Shown: piece by piece, positions 1 through 13,782 of the stretch
Layout of the letters: the number at the start of each line of letters is the position of its first letter
Position numbering within the stretch: position 1 is the stretch's first letter
Assembly: GCF_964213995.1 (NCBI RefSeq)
Contig: NC_135801.1
Location: 115,506,001-115,570,000, forward strand
Origin: Mustelus asterias
Lineage: Eukaryota
DNA: 64,000 nucleotides
Direction of reading: 5' to 3'
Notes under the pieces: generated by a model
What the model saw: the letters and a program-made list of their open reading frames with translations, nothing else
Told to the model about the DNA's origin: nothing
The model's database searches: none
Made by a program: the position numbers and the translations under genes

Positions 1-1140
1 GGGAGCTTGTAGAGGTGCTGTACTTAGATTTCCAGAAGACATTTGACAAAATGTCATATCAAAGGTTACTACACAAAATGAGAGCTCATGGCGTAAGGGG
101 GTAACAAATCAGCATGGAGAGTGGATTGGTTAGCTAACAGGAAATAGAGAGTAGAAATAAATGGATCATTATTGGTCGGCAAGATGTGATGAGTGGAGTG
201 TCATAGTGAACAGTTCTAGGACCTCAACTATTTACAATCTATATCATTGACTTGGATGAAGGGACTGAATGTATGGTTGCTAAATTTTCTGATAGCAAAA
301 AAGATAGATAGGAAAGTAAATTGTGAAGTGAACATACGGAACCTGCAAAGGGATATAAGTATTTGTCAAGACATCCCTTAAAATTCACTATCACATCTGC
401 TTCCAGTAGGTTAAGTGAGTGTGAAAAAAATGGCAGATTGACTATAATGTGTGAAAATGTGAAGTTGTTCACTTTGGCAGAAAAAATAGAAAAGCAGTAT
501 ATTCTTCAAATGGAGAGAAATTGCAGAACTCTGAAGTGCAGAAGGATGTCCTGGCACATGAATCACAAAATGTTAGTTTGTAGGTACAGCAAGTGATTAG
601 GAAGATAAATGGGATGTTGTTGCTCATTGCAGGGGGAATGGAATATAAAAGTAAAGATGTTTTGCTACTCTTGAACAAGGCATTGGTGAGACCATGTGTA
701 CAGTTTTGGTCTCCTTATTTAAAAAGAATATAAATACATTAGAAGCTATTCAGAGAAGGATCACTCCACTAATATCTGGGAAGGGCGGGGGGGGGGGATT
801 ATCTTATGAGGGAAGGTAGTTTCCATTGAAGTTTACAAGATGAGAGATGATCTTATTGAGAATGAACAGATTCTGAGGGGATTGATAAGGTTGATGCTGA
901 AAGCATATATCCCCTTGTGGGAGAGACTAGAACTAGGAGACAGTTTAAAAGTAAGGGATCTCCCATTTAAAAAGAGATGAAGAGAATTTTTTTCTCTTAG
1001 AAGATCACTAGCCTTTGGAACTCTCTTCTCCTGAGAATGACAGAAGAAAGTTCATTGAACATTTTTGAGACAGATAGATAGACTCTTGACTAACAAGTGA
1101 ATCAGTGGTTTCTGGGGCTAGGTGGGAATGTAGAGTTGGG
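1..1140 (+). mobile_element. Degenerate CR1-type LINE, 3' part of RT ORF2
   Basis: Frameshifted remnants of YLDFQK.FDK, LGPQLFTIYI.DLD, K.DVLLLLNKALVRP and VQFWSP motifs. Confidence 0.8.
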
Positions 1141-4100
1141 TACATTTTTAAATGCAGCTGTTATGTCTAATATAGCTTCCTCCATTTGCTAAAATCAGTG
1201 TCTACTTCTGGAACATTGTGATAATACCTAATGACCGATATTGTATATTCCATTGAAATGTCAAACAGATCTGACAGCATCTGTGGAGAGAGAAACAGTT
1301 TGAGTTTCAGGCCATGGATCTTTTCCCAGAACTGACAATAGTTTGAGATATTAGAACTTTTAAGCAAGGAAAGAAAGAGTCTGAGGTATCTTTCACTATC
1401 ACCACTTTATTATTTAATTTTTCCTGCCTTGCACTCTATCACAGTCTTCCCTTTTTTTCTTACTTAACCCCCAACACTTTTCCAAGCTGCAGACTGTGCC
1501 ATGGATGTAGGGATGAACTACCGAAGAATGCAGAAAAATGGGAGAATATATGAAACATAGCACAAAATTAAATTAAACTAATGATGAACTTCAAGATTGA
1601 ATGTAATTTTGTGTGGAAAATTCACTTTCAAAATTAAAAGGAAATGTTTTGCTTTATTAATTAAACTACATAATTTGATTGAAGATTATAGCCAGCAATT
1701 TATTAATGAGATTTGCACCAAATTTGTTGACATGTCTGAACATGTATGTTAAATATGGTGAGACAGCACAGGTTACACGTGGTGAGGTAGGAGAAATTAT
1801 ACATTGACTGCTTTCTTTTCTTCTTTCTCAGTTTTGAGTTTGAATTTTCTGATGACTTGTTTTGTTCAAATTTCTCCCGATTCTGCATTTGGTGAGTCCT
1901 GGCTGAGTTACCTTGTATACAGAAGGAAAGTGGTTAGGGAGTTGTGCACATTACTCAAGGTCACCAAGCAGGTGACTGTGGGTTCAAGCACTCCACCCTC
2001 CAGGCTGAAGACTGTACCATGAATATGGGGATCGAAGAACGAAGAACTGAGCCAGGGGGAAAGCATGAAGTAGAAAAATATAATCTACACTAATTATAGA
2101 GAACAATAACCATTAACTTATGAATGTAGCTTATGTGGGCAATTCTAATTAGAGGCTAAAAAGAAACATTTCGCTTTGTTCATGGAATTAAATAATTTGA
2201 TTGAAGGTTATAATTTACAATTTAATAATGAGGCTTGCTTAACATTGCAACAAAATTGGTGCACACATTTGAACAAGTGTGTTAGTGTTAACACATGGGC
2301 CAAAGATAGGTTTTATTTGCCAAGGCAATATTGACCTTTGTCCCCAGCGAATTAGACACTTGCATATGCTTAATGTTGGACTTCACGCTCTGTCTTTATA
2401 CAAATACTGTGAGAAGTAGTTTACACACTGAGCATGTTTTCCTGAAGAAAGGGGATCCTTGGAGTTGCTTCCATAAACAAGGGTGCCACATTCAGTGGGC
2501 AACAGAAATATTTGTTCTGGAAGGGATCTTTAGGCAAATAAACTCAAGGTGATAATTTTACACATAAAACATGAACTCCAGTAGCTCAAAGTCACAGAAA
2601 CAGGAGTGGGATTTAAATAAACGTAAAAGTAGCCATGGTTTTAAAAGAAACGTTTACATTATTAGTCTCATTAATACTTTTGTTGATCTTTACCTCTTAT
2701 TTCTTTTAATTAAGGGTATCTGGCTGAATGGCAGATCATATTGTTCTGTTTTTTCTGCATTTAATCTTCCTTTACAGGAAACAGGATAACAGGAAAAGTG
2801 GATTCATTTTGGAGAGTAATAAGTTTTACTCACACTGATAATGCAGCAATGTTCACCTGCAAAGTTAATCGCTCATTTATTCACAAATATTTCATTAGAA
2901 ATATTAATTTCACTATAAAAAGAAGAGTATACACCATAATTAAATCTCTACAGAACATGGAAAATCAATTTTCAATAAACCTGACATATTTTACTCTGGG
3001 CAGTAACCCATATCTATCTGACACATATGGTTGAAAAGTCAATGTTTAGTAACCTCAGAATTTAAAAGATGAATATTATGAAATGCAAACAGGAAAATCT
3101 GACAAAGCAGCCAACAAGGTTTGTTATTGTATGACAACAATGTACTTCATTATCTACCTTCTTTCTGTCATCTGAAGGAATATTTATCATTCTCAGGAAA
3201 AGCTATGACGGTGATGAAACATTTTAATATCTAACAGCTAACAGATCTAATGATTGCAGTTACCTTTTAATAGGAAAACAGGATGGAATGCAGAATCCTT
3301 CATGGCTTTTTGAGCCCAGACTTGGCGCATGGAGGCAACACACGCCTAAAGCAAGAGGCCTGAGGATTGATAGAAATTTGTTCTTGGACTCACTTGCACT
3401 TTTTATGCAAATGCTATTGCCAGTTCACTGTGTGGGAGGTACCAGATTTATCCTGCACCTTGCCATCAGCCATACTCAGTTACATCCTGGGATGAACTTG
3501 GAGCAGTCTATGGGGGTTACAGGCATGGACAAATTCCCATTCTTGCTGGTGCCATAGGTGGTTTTAACAAAAAATATCAAAATCATGCTTCATTTGGTGC
3601 TTGTGGGAGCCACTCAAGAGTCCTGTGTGATGACATGCTCAATTTGTGAATGGGGTCCTTTACTGACATTTTTCCCTATTTGGTTGTGCGCTACTTGCTT
3701 TAGATATTTACACAGGTAGTTAGTTATAACTGGCCTCACAATTTTGACATGGGGACCCATTCTTACGTGCAAAAATCCCACTGTTAAGTGGTATGCTTTG
3801 CACTCATTTCATAGTGAAAAAAATGGGCTTAATACATACTAATGTCTAACCCTTCAATCTAATTCGTACTCCTTTGGATTGGCATTTGATTTTGGTGGTA
3901 ACATAAACTGGTCAATAATAAATATGCAGCTTATTTTGTGCAATACTCTGTCTGACATTGTTTTCTACTGCCATCACAATGATAATATAGGGGGAGTGTA
4001 AAATGGTTGGTAATTTTCTATCACCGGCTTTCTATCACTGCCTAAGAACAATTTCACTCCCTTTAACTTTAACAGACTCTTCCTCCCTTTCACCAGATGC

Positions 4101-4740
4101 CAACTAGTCATCAAAATACAGATTTCTGCCAACGTTAAGGGCCTGCACTCTCAGATGTACTGTGATGCCCATCCTTTTACATCATGTTGAGATATGTATA
4201 AGTAAAATACTTAAGTTATGTTGCATTGTGTAAAGGCAACTCTTTGCTTACATGAGATTTAAGGAACGATTTTACAGAGATTGTTTGCAAAGGTCAATGA
4301 TCCCTATTGATTGTGTGTCCATAATGGAGAGAAAAACATCTGGGGCTATTTGATGCTCTGGCTGAATTTTCGATATTCACTCCAGCTTGTGTAGTTTGCT
4401 GCTGGGAGCATGAATTCGGAAAACATGATGCCATACAAAATGGGTATGAACTGGATAATGAAGTCTTATCCTAAGGGTAGTAGCCAGTCACAATATTCCT
4501 GTTTTTGGCATATTACACCAGTTATTATACACTGTGATAAGGAATATCTCCTCCGCTTTGAGAAAGGCTGAGATGTGTGTGAATGTAAAATTAGATCTGT
4601 GCCAACGGATATATCTGTCTTGTGATCTCTTAAGCAATAAGGATGTTTTTGTGACTCAACACTCCAATCATCAGTGCTATTTACATACAGCACATCTCAG
4701 AAATCATCGTCATGCAGCTTTTGATTCTTCTTCCATTATT

Positions 4741-4862
4741 TGCTAAATTCTCCCTCAGTGTACCCGAACAGGCACCAGAGTGTGGCGACTGGGGGATTTT
4801 AACAGTAACTAATTGCAGTGTTAATGTAAGCCTACTTGTGACATTAATAAATAAACTTTAAA
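4741..4862 (+). mobile_element. SINE 3' tail fragment (same tail as 23790-24072)
   Basis: gctaaattctccctcagtgtacccgaacaggcaccagagtgtggcgact...aataaataaacttta closely matches 23968-24070. Confidence 0.7.
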
Positions 4863-7800
4863 AACTTTAAAACATAATGGCCATGCTACTGATCACAGCA
4901 TTAACCTTACACTTTGAAGGTGATTCCATACCTGGCTATTAAAATAATGGATGCAGAATTGCTGGCTACATGATGATGATTACGGGCGGGATTCTCCGAT
5001 CTTGCCCATATCTGCACCGCTGCCAACGAGAATGGAGAATTTGACGTTTGGCCTAAACTCCATTCACTGCAGCGGCACCGGAGAATAACAGCCGCGAAAG
5101 AGATCGGAGGTTTTCGGTGTAAATATCCATAAATGGTTGGCAGCACAGCATATGACTTAATCTGCAAACTGATTGAGCGACCTCCTTCCATTTGTGCTTG
5201 ATGTGATCTGCTTTTGTTAGGCTTTACATCCTGTATCCTGTTAAACTTGATGCAGAATTATGAAAACAGGGGAGGAAATACACAAATTATACATAGGAGG
5301 CATCTCCAATGCAAAACACACCACACACGTGAACACAAAAACACATGCCGCACATTCCAGTGTTACTGTGACACATGTCCTTTCCCAGGACTTGCGAACC
5401 GTTGTCTCCCTCAGCCTTCCCTTCTCCCTACAACCTATTGCTTTTTTTAAAAAGCTGACTTTGTGTCAGCTGTCTGCTGTTTGCTGATTTAGTTCAACTT
5501 TTTTGTAGCTCTTTGCCTCCCTGGTGCTCTATAAGCCTGCTCTTCACATAGGTTTCTCAGCAAGAAAATAAAGACATGTAATTGAATTGGACTTTTATTT
5601 CTCAAATCATTTTTGCAGAAATATCCATTGTTTGAAGTAACTGAATCCAGTTTTCCCAATGTCGGTGTAGGTTTTTATACTAAGTCATTGAGATGAAAGA
5701 GGAGTCTTACATGATGACTCTATAGCGGGACTGTTGTTTTAAATTCTTGCAATATTTTTTAGCCCAGATGGAGAAACCTATCCAGCAAATCATCATTTCA
5801 GTCGAGAAACAAATGAAAGGCAGCCATCTGTTTTAGGACTGCAAAAGATTGTGAGTCATCCAATGGGAATAAAGTCATCTAAGTAACCCTCTTCTCACCC
5901 ACGAGAGACATTAGACATTCAGGAAAGGTCAGCAAGTCTGCTTGTGTCAGTGTTTAATATGAGAGCCTGCCTTCAGATGAGGCAACTCAGAGACTGGTCT
6001 TGTGCACAACAGTCATTGTAAACAGCTTCTGAATAGCTGCAAGAAGTTCCACTCTCAGGATGGTGGACACCGTTACCCAGACAAAGAGCTATTTGTTGAT
6101 GCTGCTGGGTTGCAAGTCCTGAAGAGAATTCAGCCACAGGAATAGGCCTTGTGGTTCAGCAGCAAAATAGCAAAGCTCAGCAAGAATGTACTGTCACCGA
6201 GTTGGAGGAATGAAATACCTTCTGTATAATCAACATCTCGAGGGACACTGGACACTGATGTAAGATGATGCTGTCATAGTTTAAACTGCAGTGCATCCAT
6301 CGACATAGCAAACACATTATCCAAGACCATGCTGGTCACTAATCTTTTGTGAAAAGCAGGAACCTTAAGTAATGACTTGTTTAAGGAACACTGTCAAGAA
6401 AGTTGCTGTACCGCAGAGATGAGAAATAATCCTATAATTGTAATTCCTCAGAGCAGCCTTCTGATTTCAATCATAGGATGTGTTCGGTTTCTTTATTGAA
6501 ACTGTACTATGAATATTGACAGTAAAGTGGCATTAAGTTTAGAAACACCGGACAGGTAGGTTTAACACCTCACTCCAACCCTGGCCTAATTTTCCGTCCC
6601 CCCACAGCAAGTTACCTTGGTCTTCACAACGGTAATGCATGGATTGGAACCTTGCCATGACAACCAGTGCCGTTACCACAGATCCCAGGACAAGATTGTG
6701 ATAGACCTTGTGTAGTCTAATTCCAATTCTCTTCCCGCACCTAGTGGTGCACTAAGGCAGACTTTTGCCTGTTACCATAGCTAGCAACTCCTGGAACAAG
6801 TCACTAGTCTGTCCTCAGCCACTCCACATCAAGTGTGGCTGACCAGGAGTCTCTCTCGCTCTTACCGCCAGCCATTGGTGTGTTTGGAAAGATTTGCAGG
6901 TTGACACTCAAACTATTTGAGCACATTATTAACGCACCTAGCTTGGTCACCAAGTCCCAGGGTAGGAGTCAAACCCAGAGCTTCTGGCTCAGAGACAGGG
7001 ATGCTACCCAATTTGTCACAAGACCATCTACATTGATGGAAAGAAATCTTTCAAATGTGTTTGCAAAAGGAAGACCTACTACTGCCCACTTTTTGTCTCC
7101 ATAAAGGCTACGTTACTGACCGTAATGGTTTGGTTGGTTAATATAAAGTGAGGGTAGTGGACGGGAGTTTTAACTGATGTGTCTCCAGCAGGAGGAGTAA
7201 GGAAATTCAGCCTGCAGAGCCTTCCTCATGGCACAGTCTTGCTTTTTCTCATTGCACAATGAGTGGAGGTGCAATAGCTACATAAGTTGGCTTTGAAGGG
7301 CTGCTCAGAGGAACACTGATTAGCAAGTCTGCTGAGGATGGTCTGCTAAGGTGAGGTGGGTCACAATACCCTCAGGCTTTATTGTAAGGATGTAGGATAT
7401 GAGTAATGTAAAGCATTAAAAAGAATTGGATATCCACTTGAATAAGAAAAAAATGAGTGGCTATGGGGAAAATGCAACAGACGGGGAGTAATTTGAACAG
7501 CACTTTCTCAGAGCTGGCGCAAGCATGATGGATAAATATCCTTCTTGTGTGCTGTAACATTCTATGTTGTAAATTTTAAGCACTTCTGCACTAACTCTTC
7601 ATGCATGACCAACCTACAGGTGTTGCTGCAACTACAAGCTGCATTCTATTTATTCTGACAACACAGCTGACAGATCTTCTTCATGACCTTAAACACAAGC
7701 TGTAAAAGGAAGTATATGGAGACCATTTACAGATGTTACTATAATCATACCTCCTTTGACAGGAAACAATTCCCCTTATGATATTCTCTTGCTTTTATGA

Positions 7801-8756
7801 CGCATATACAATAGCAACAGTAACAACAGCAGCTTTTGGACTCAGAGCACCTAAAGCATGACTCTGTTATATATTTCAAGTGGTTGCATCTCTCCAATGT
7901 ATGCTGTCACATGATCTGTAGCCATGGAAGCAGAGAGATTCATCGGATTCTGTGGCTCTTCCTTTGTAGACCGGGATCAAGCAACACCATTTTAATAAAC
8001 CTACATGTTTCACTGCAACCTACGAGTGTGGAACCTCATTACTTTTGTCTTTGTGGTAGCCACTGACCGATACGCAACAAAGAAGAAATTGGTGACGAGA
8101 GGTTGAGAATTTTTTTTTTTCGACCTGATTGAAAGAAAATGAAACCCAGCACTTTGGATTGAAAAGTCAATTGAAGGCAAGGAAAAGAATCTCCGACGCA
8201 CTACAAAAAGGTTTAATGGAAATAAAACCTGAGTAAGAAAGAAAGGTTAAACTTACATACTGTTCAGAAAAGTGGGTAGACTTCCAAAATGCAGAGAGCG
8301 CACACATAGCGAAGCAAAACGGGCTGCAAAATGGAGTCTCACAGAAACAAAAAAAATCTGTGCAATCTTAAAATGAAGCTACTACTTAGAAGAAAGAAAA
8401 AGTTCCAGGAAAAGGGAAACAATGACATTGTTAGCTAAGGGACTCTCTTGCATTGCACAAGAAAGAGAGGGAAAACTGAAGGAAGTATAAAACCCGATAA
8501 CCAAAATTGGCAGGAAAAGATAGCTCCATGGATGTATTTGATGAGGATTGTGAGACTTTCAACTCATAAGAAAGATTCCAGTATTTTCGCCAAGCAAACC
8601 AAGTATTGGATCACCTAAAGGTTGTAACATTTCTCAGTTTAGTCAGTTGCAAAACATTTACATTGCTAAAAAATTTAGTCCAACCAGCAAAGCCAGCAGT
8701 TAAAACCTACTATTAACTGACGAATGTCTTAAAGGAGCATTTCTCACCTAAACCAG

Positions 8757-10078
8757 GATTTTGATTTGATTTATTATTGTCACATGTATTAGTATACAGT
8801 GAAAAGTATTGTTTCTTACACTCTATACAGACAAAGCATACTGTTCATAGAGAAGGGAATGAGAGAATGCAGAATGTAGCGTTACAGTGATAGCTAGGGT
8901 GTAGAGAAAGATCAACTTAATATAAGGTAGGGAAGAAGCTATTCTTGAGTCAGTTGGTACGTGTCCTCAGACTTTTGTTTATTTTTTCCGACAAAAAACG
9001 GTGGAAGAGGTGCATGGGGTCTTTGATTATGCTGGATGCTTTGCCGAGGCAGCAGGAAGTGTAGACAGAGTCAATGGATGGGAGGCTGGTTTGCGTGATG
9101 GACTGAGCTTCATTCACAACCCTTTGTAGTTATTGCGGTCTTGGACAGAGCAGGAGCCACACCAAGCTGTGATACAACTAGAAAAAATACTTTCTATAGT
9201 GCATCTGTAAAAGTTGGTGAGAGTCAGAGTGGACATGTCAAATTTCCTTAGCCTTTTGAGAAGGAAGAGGTGTTGGCTGGCTTTCTTAACTATAGTGTCA
9301 GCGTGGAGGGACCAGGACAGGTTGTTGGTGATCTGGACACCTAAAACCTAGAAGCTCTCAATCATTTCCACTTCACCCCCATTAATGTAGACAGGGGCAT
9401 GTCCTCCACTACGCTTCCTGAAGTCGATGACAATCTCCTTTGTTTTGTTGACATTGAAGGAGAGATTATTGTTGTCGCACCAGTTCACCAGATTCTCTAT
9501 CTCTTTCCTGTACTCGTTTCATCATTGTACGAGACCCGACCCACTACGGTGGTGTCATCAGCAAGCTTGAAAATCGAGTTGGAGGGGAATTTGGCCACAC
9601 AATCATAGATGTATAAGGAGTATGGTAAGGGGCTGAGGACACAGCCTTGTGGGGCACTGGATGTTGAGGATGATTGTTGAGGAGGTGTTGTTGCCTACCT
9701 TTACTGATTGTGGTCTGTGGGTTAGGAAGTTCAGGATCCAGCAGCAGAGGGAGGAGCCAAGCCCCAGGCTATGGAGTTTGGAGATGAGTTTTGTAAGAAT
9801 AATGGTGTTGAAGGCTGAGCTTTAGTCAATAAATAGGAGTCTGACATAGGTGTCTTTGTTATCTAGGTGTTCCGGGGTTGAGCATAGGGCCAGGGATATA
9901 GCATCTGCTGTGGACCTGTTGCAGCAGTAGGCAAACTGTAGTGGATCCAGGCAATCTTGGAGGCCTGAATTGATTTGTGCCATGACTAACTTTTTGAAGC
10001 ACTTATAATGATAGATGTCAGAGCTCCCGGACAATCGTCATTCAGGCACGTTGCCTGGCTTTTGTTTGGTACCAGGAT
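8757..10078 (-). mobile_element. Rex1/Babar-like non-LTR retrotransposon, 5'-truncated
   Basis: RT remnant KCFKKLV..I...DPLQFAY..NRST.DAISLAL...[16 protein letters not shown]; 3' tail aataataaatcaaatcaaa on the minus strand; a similar tail occurs at ~46600-46700 (+). Confidence 0.8.
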
Positions 10079-10430
10079 GATCATAGAAATCATAGAAATC
10101 ATAGAAACCCTACAGTGCAGAAGGAGGCCATCCGGCCCATCGAGTCTGCACCGACCACAATCCCACCCAGGCCCTACCCCCACATATTTACCCGCTAATC
10201 CCTCTACCTACGCATTTTAGGATTCTAAGGGGCAATTTTTAACCTGGCCAATCAACCTAACCGGCACATCTTCGGACTGTGGGAGGAAACCGGAGCACCC
10301 GGAGGAAACCCACGCAGACATGAGGAGAATGTGCAAACTCCACACAGACAGTGACCCGAGCCGGGAATCAAACCCGGGACCCTGGAGCTGTGAAGCAGCA
10401 GTGCTAACCACTGCGCTACCGTGCCGCCCA
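10079..10430 (-). mobile_element. HE1-type tRNA-derived V-SINE, full length
   Basis: tRNA head with A/B boxes (ggcggcacggtagcgcagtggttagc...gggtttgattccc), V-domain gtgtggagtttgcacattctcc...gggtttcctccgggtgctccggtttcctcccacagtcc, and CR1-like (tttctatga)n tail. Confidence 0.9.
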
Positions 10431-11000
10431 TGATGATTCATTATTGCAGAAGGATTTTGTTTCCACTGCTGGAGGCAGGAGGAAGGCAAAAGAATTTCAC
10501 AGTTCATGGTGACCTTAAGAAGGCTAGCTAAATACTACAAATTAGGTGCGATGCTTAAAGATAGTGTTTGCAATATGTTAGTATGTGGACTCCAGAATGA
10601 AACTATTCAGAGAAAGCTGCTTACAGGAAGAACATGACCCTGAAATCAGCAGTGGACATTTCAGTTTCAATGGAGCTGGCTGCAAAAGAGGCTTCACAGA
10701 TAGGAGTTGGGGGTGAAGGTCCACAAAATGGAGACCACTAAGAATAAGTCTGCAAACCCAACAGGTATGTTACCAATGTGCGCAAGTTCAACACTTAGTG
10801 GAGGAATGCTGGAGTAGGGAAAGTAAGTGCAAAAATTGTAGCAAAAATTGCCAAAGCATGCTGGACAAACTTCCTCGACCCCTAAAATGCAGAAAAAATG
10901 AAAAATCCAAGTCTGCAGGAAAAAAATTACCCTATGTCAGGTGAAGAGGAGGACACCTTAGAAGACAATGTGGCAAAACAAGTGCAAGAGCTGGCACAGG

Positions 11001-11126
11001 TGGTGGGATTTTATGGCCTCGCTCATCCCAAAACCGTAAAACCCCACCTGAGGTCAATGGACCTTCCCATGCTCCGCCCTCACCTGCTCCGATTCCTGTA
11101 GTGGGCGGGGCGGTAAAATTCCAGTC
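11001..11126. mobile_element. ~130-bp MITE with terminal inverted repeats
   Basis: ggtgggattttatgg...ggtaaaattccagtc; homologous copies at ~48634-48762 and ~54987-55113; related elements at ~19858-19987, ~4984-5120 and ~56370-56497. Confidence 0.75.
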
Positions 11127-11984
11127 TGGGAATTTTGTTAGTAAATGGTGTTTCCACAATGTTTTTGGGTGTTCCAAAAACTAGATGGTAACCAAGTCAA
11201 AATAGAAATGGATACTGGGCTCGTGATATCATTGACATCTGAGACAATATATAAGCAGACATTAAAGCATTTACTATTGAAACCACTAAATGTAAACCTA
11301 AGGATGTATACAGAAGAAATCATACCAATAAATGGATACATTAATGTAAAAGTGGATGTGAATGGACAGACAGCGGAGTTGCCTCTCCATGTTGTTCACA
11401 GAAACTTTCCTGCTTTATTCGGTAGAGCGTGGTTGGGAAAAATCAAACTCGACTGGGAAGCTGTAAGTCAGCTGGCTCTGAAAAAAGTACAAAAGTGTGT
11501 TTGAAAACTCACTGGGCTCAATGGCTGGAGTTGAAGTCCAACTAAAAGTTAAGCCGGACAGTATACCAACATGTCTAAAAACCAGAACTAGGATTAATCT
11601 AGGATTAATCCATATGCCATCAGACCAAAAATCAGAGAAGAACCAGAAGGCCTAGTCCAAACAGGAATCATTGAACCAGTTACGACATGTGGTTGTGCTA
11701 CATGAATCGTGCCTGTACTGAAACCTGATGGCTCAGCAAGAATATGCAGAAATTTTATGACGATGATTAACCTGGTATTCTGAGCTGATCAATATCCACT
11801 GCTGTTAATTGAAGACTTATCTGCTGGACTATCTGGAAGTTCAGTAAAATAGATCTATCACAGTGTACTCCCATAATAATGTGGCTGCAAGCTCACAGCT
11901 GTTACTATCATGACACACAAAGGTTTGTTTTGATACAGGAAACCGCCATTTGGAATAACATCCGCACATGCTCTATTCCAGAGA

Positions 11985-12500
11985 AAGAAATCTTATGACA
12001 CCAGGTTAAAATGTTAAAATGTCACGGGCATTCAGCTCTGATCTTCAGGTAAGCGTCCTCCAAGACGGCCTTCACGACACACGACAACGCAGAATCGCTG
12101 ATCAGGAGATGACAGCCAAGTTCCGCACACATGAGGACGGCCTCAACCGGGATCTTGGGTTCATGTCACACTATCTGTAAACCTCATGACTTGCCTGGGC
12201 TTGCAAAATCTCACTGTCTTGGCTGGAGACAACACACATCTCTTTAACCTGTGCTTAACCCTCTCTCCACTCACATAGTTTGTACCTTTAAGACTTGATT
12301 ACCTGTAAACATTATTTTGTAAATTGAGTTTGTGTCTTTATATGCCCTGTTTGTGAACAGAACTCCCACTTACCTGATGAAGGAGCAGCGCTCCGAAAGC
12401 TTGTGGCTTGTACTACCAAGTAAACCTGTTGGACTTTAACCTGGTGTTGTGAGACGTCTTACTGTGTTTACTCCAGTCCAACGCCGGCATCTCCACATCA
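11985..12500 (+). mobile_element. Penelope-like element 3' fragment with hammerhead ribozyme motif
   Basis: 13-bp TSD tctattccagaga (11972-11984 / 12501-12513); GIY-YIG C-terminal remnant KFRTHEDGLNRDLGFMSHY; CTGATGA-stem-GAAA at 12374-12398; short inverted pLTR piece at the 5' end. Confidence 0.85.
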
Positions 12501-13782
12501 TCTATTCCAGAGATCCATGGATCAGATTCTAAGTGGGCTAACTGGTGCACAGTGTCATCTAGATGATATTCTCATCACAGGTTCAAGCAAACAAGAGCAC
12601 TTGAAGAACTTGGAAGCTACATTGGAATATCTGCAGAAGTCAATCTCCGAGTGAAAAAGGAAAATTGCAACTTTTTCCAGACATCCATAAATTATTCAGG
12701 TCACACCATTGATAAAGCTGGTTTGCATAAGAAAGCAAAAAGTTGGCTAGCAATTTTAGAAACACCACATCCTCAGAATGTGACACAACTGAGATTTCAT
12801 CTAGGATTAATCAACTATTATGGTAAATTTATTCCAAATTCAGCAAAGCTATTGAAGCCCTTGTACACTTTGCTATGTGTCAAACAGCCAGGGCATTGAA
12901 CAGAAGAATGTGAAAGAGCTTACGAAGAGGTTAAGGAAGTCAGAGTTATTGGTTCATTTCAATCTCAAACTGAAGTTACAACTTGCTTGTGATGCATCAC
13001 CCTGTTATGCAGTAGTCTCATGCATAATGCCCTCAGGAGAAGAACGATTGATAGCCTTCGCTTCTCGAACATTTACACCGCAGGAGGAAATTATGCTCAG
13101 CTAGAAAAAGTTCTAAGTGTTATAGTCTGAGCAGAAAGATTTAATCACTACCTTTATGGGCATCATTTTACACTTTTGACAGACCTTAGACCCTTGAAGA
13201 CAATCTTCGGGCCATATAAAGGTATTCCTACTTTAGCAGCTAGTAGGTTACAGAGGTGATCTTTAATGTTATGGGCGCACACCTACGATATTAAATATCA
13301 TCAGTCGGAACAAGATGATTTATCAAGATTGCTGTTCCAAATTAAGCAAGGACCTGAGTAAAATTATGTTAACAGTGGATAGTGCACCTGTGACTTCATC
13401 TTAAGTTCAGAGACACACAAGAACCGATCCAGTCATGGGGAAGATTATAGATATAGTCCTAAAAGGAACAATGATGGAAGGACGTCAAAAAACCCAGATC
13501 TAAAGCCTTACATCACCAGAAGATTTGAGTTGACAGTCCAGAGTGAAATTTTACAATGTGAAATCTGAGTCTTATTCCTCAGTGCTTGTGTGGAAGAGGT
13601 CTTGGACAGCTACATGAGATCTCCAGGTCTGTTAAGAATGAAGGAACTGGCACATAGTTATTTTAAGTGTCCAGGTTTAGATGCACAAAGCAAAGAGAAA
13701 TTGGGCCAATATCAGTCCTGTGCAAAGCTAAGAAACACTCCACTGCTACAACCCTTACATCTGTGGGAATGGCCAAAACAGC

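Noticed and set aside
7900-8740. A-rich, coding-looking stretch as a gene or pseudogene
   Set aside because: No open frame or motif I could assign; possibly a decayed TE, left uncalled.
10360-10428. tRNA gene
   Set aside because: A/B boxes run straight into the V-SINE body; this is a SINE head, as are the other copies.
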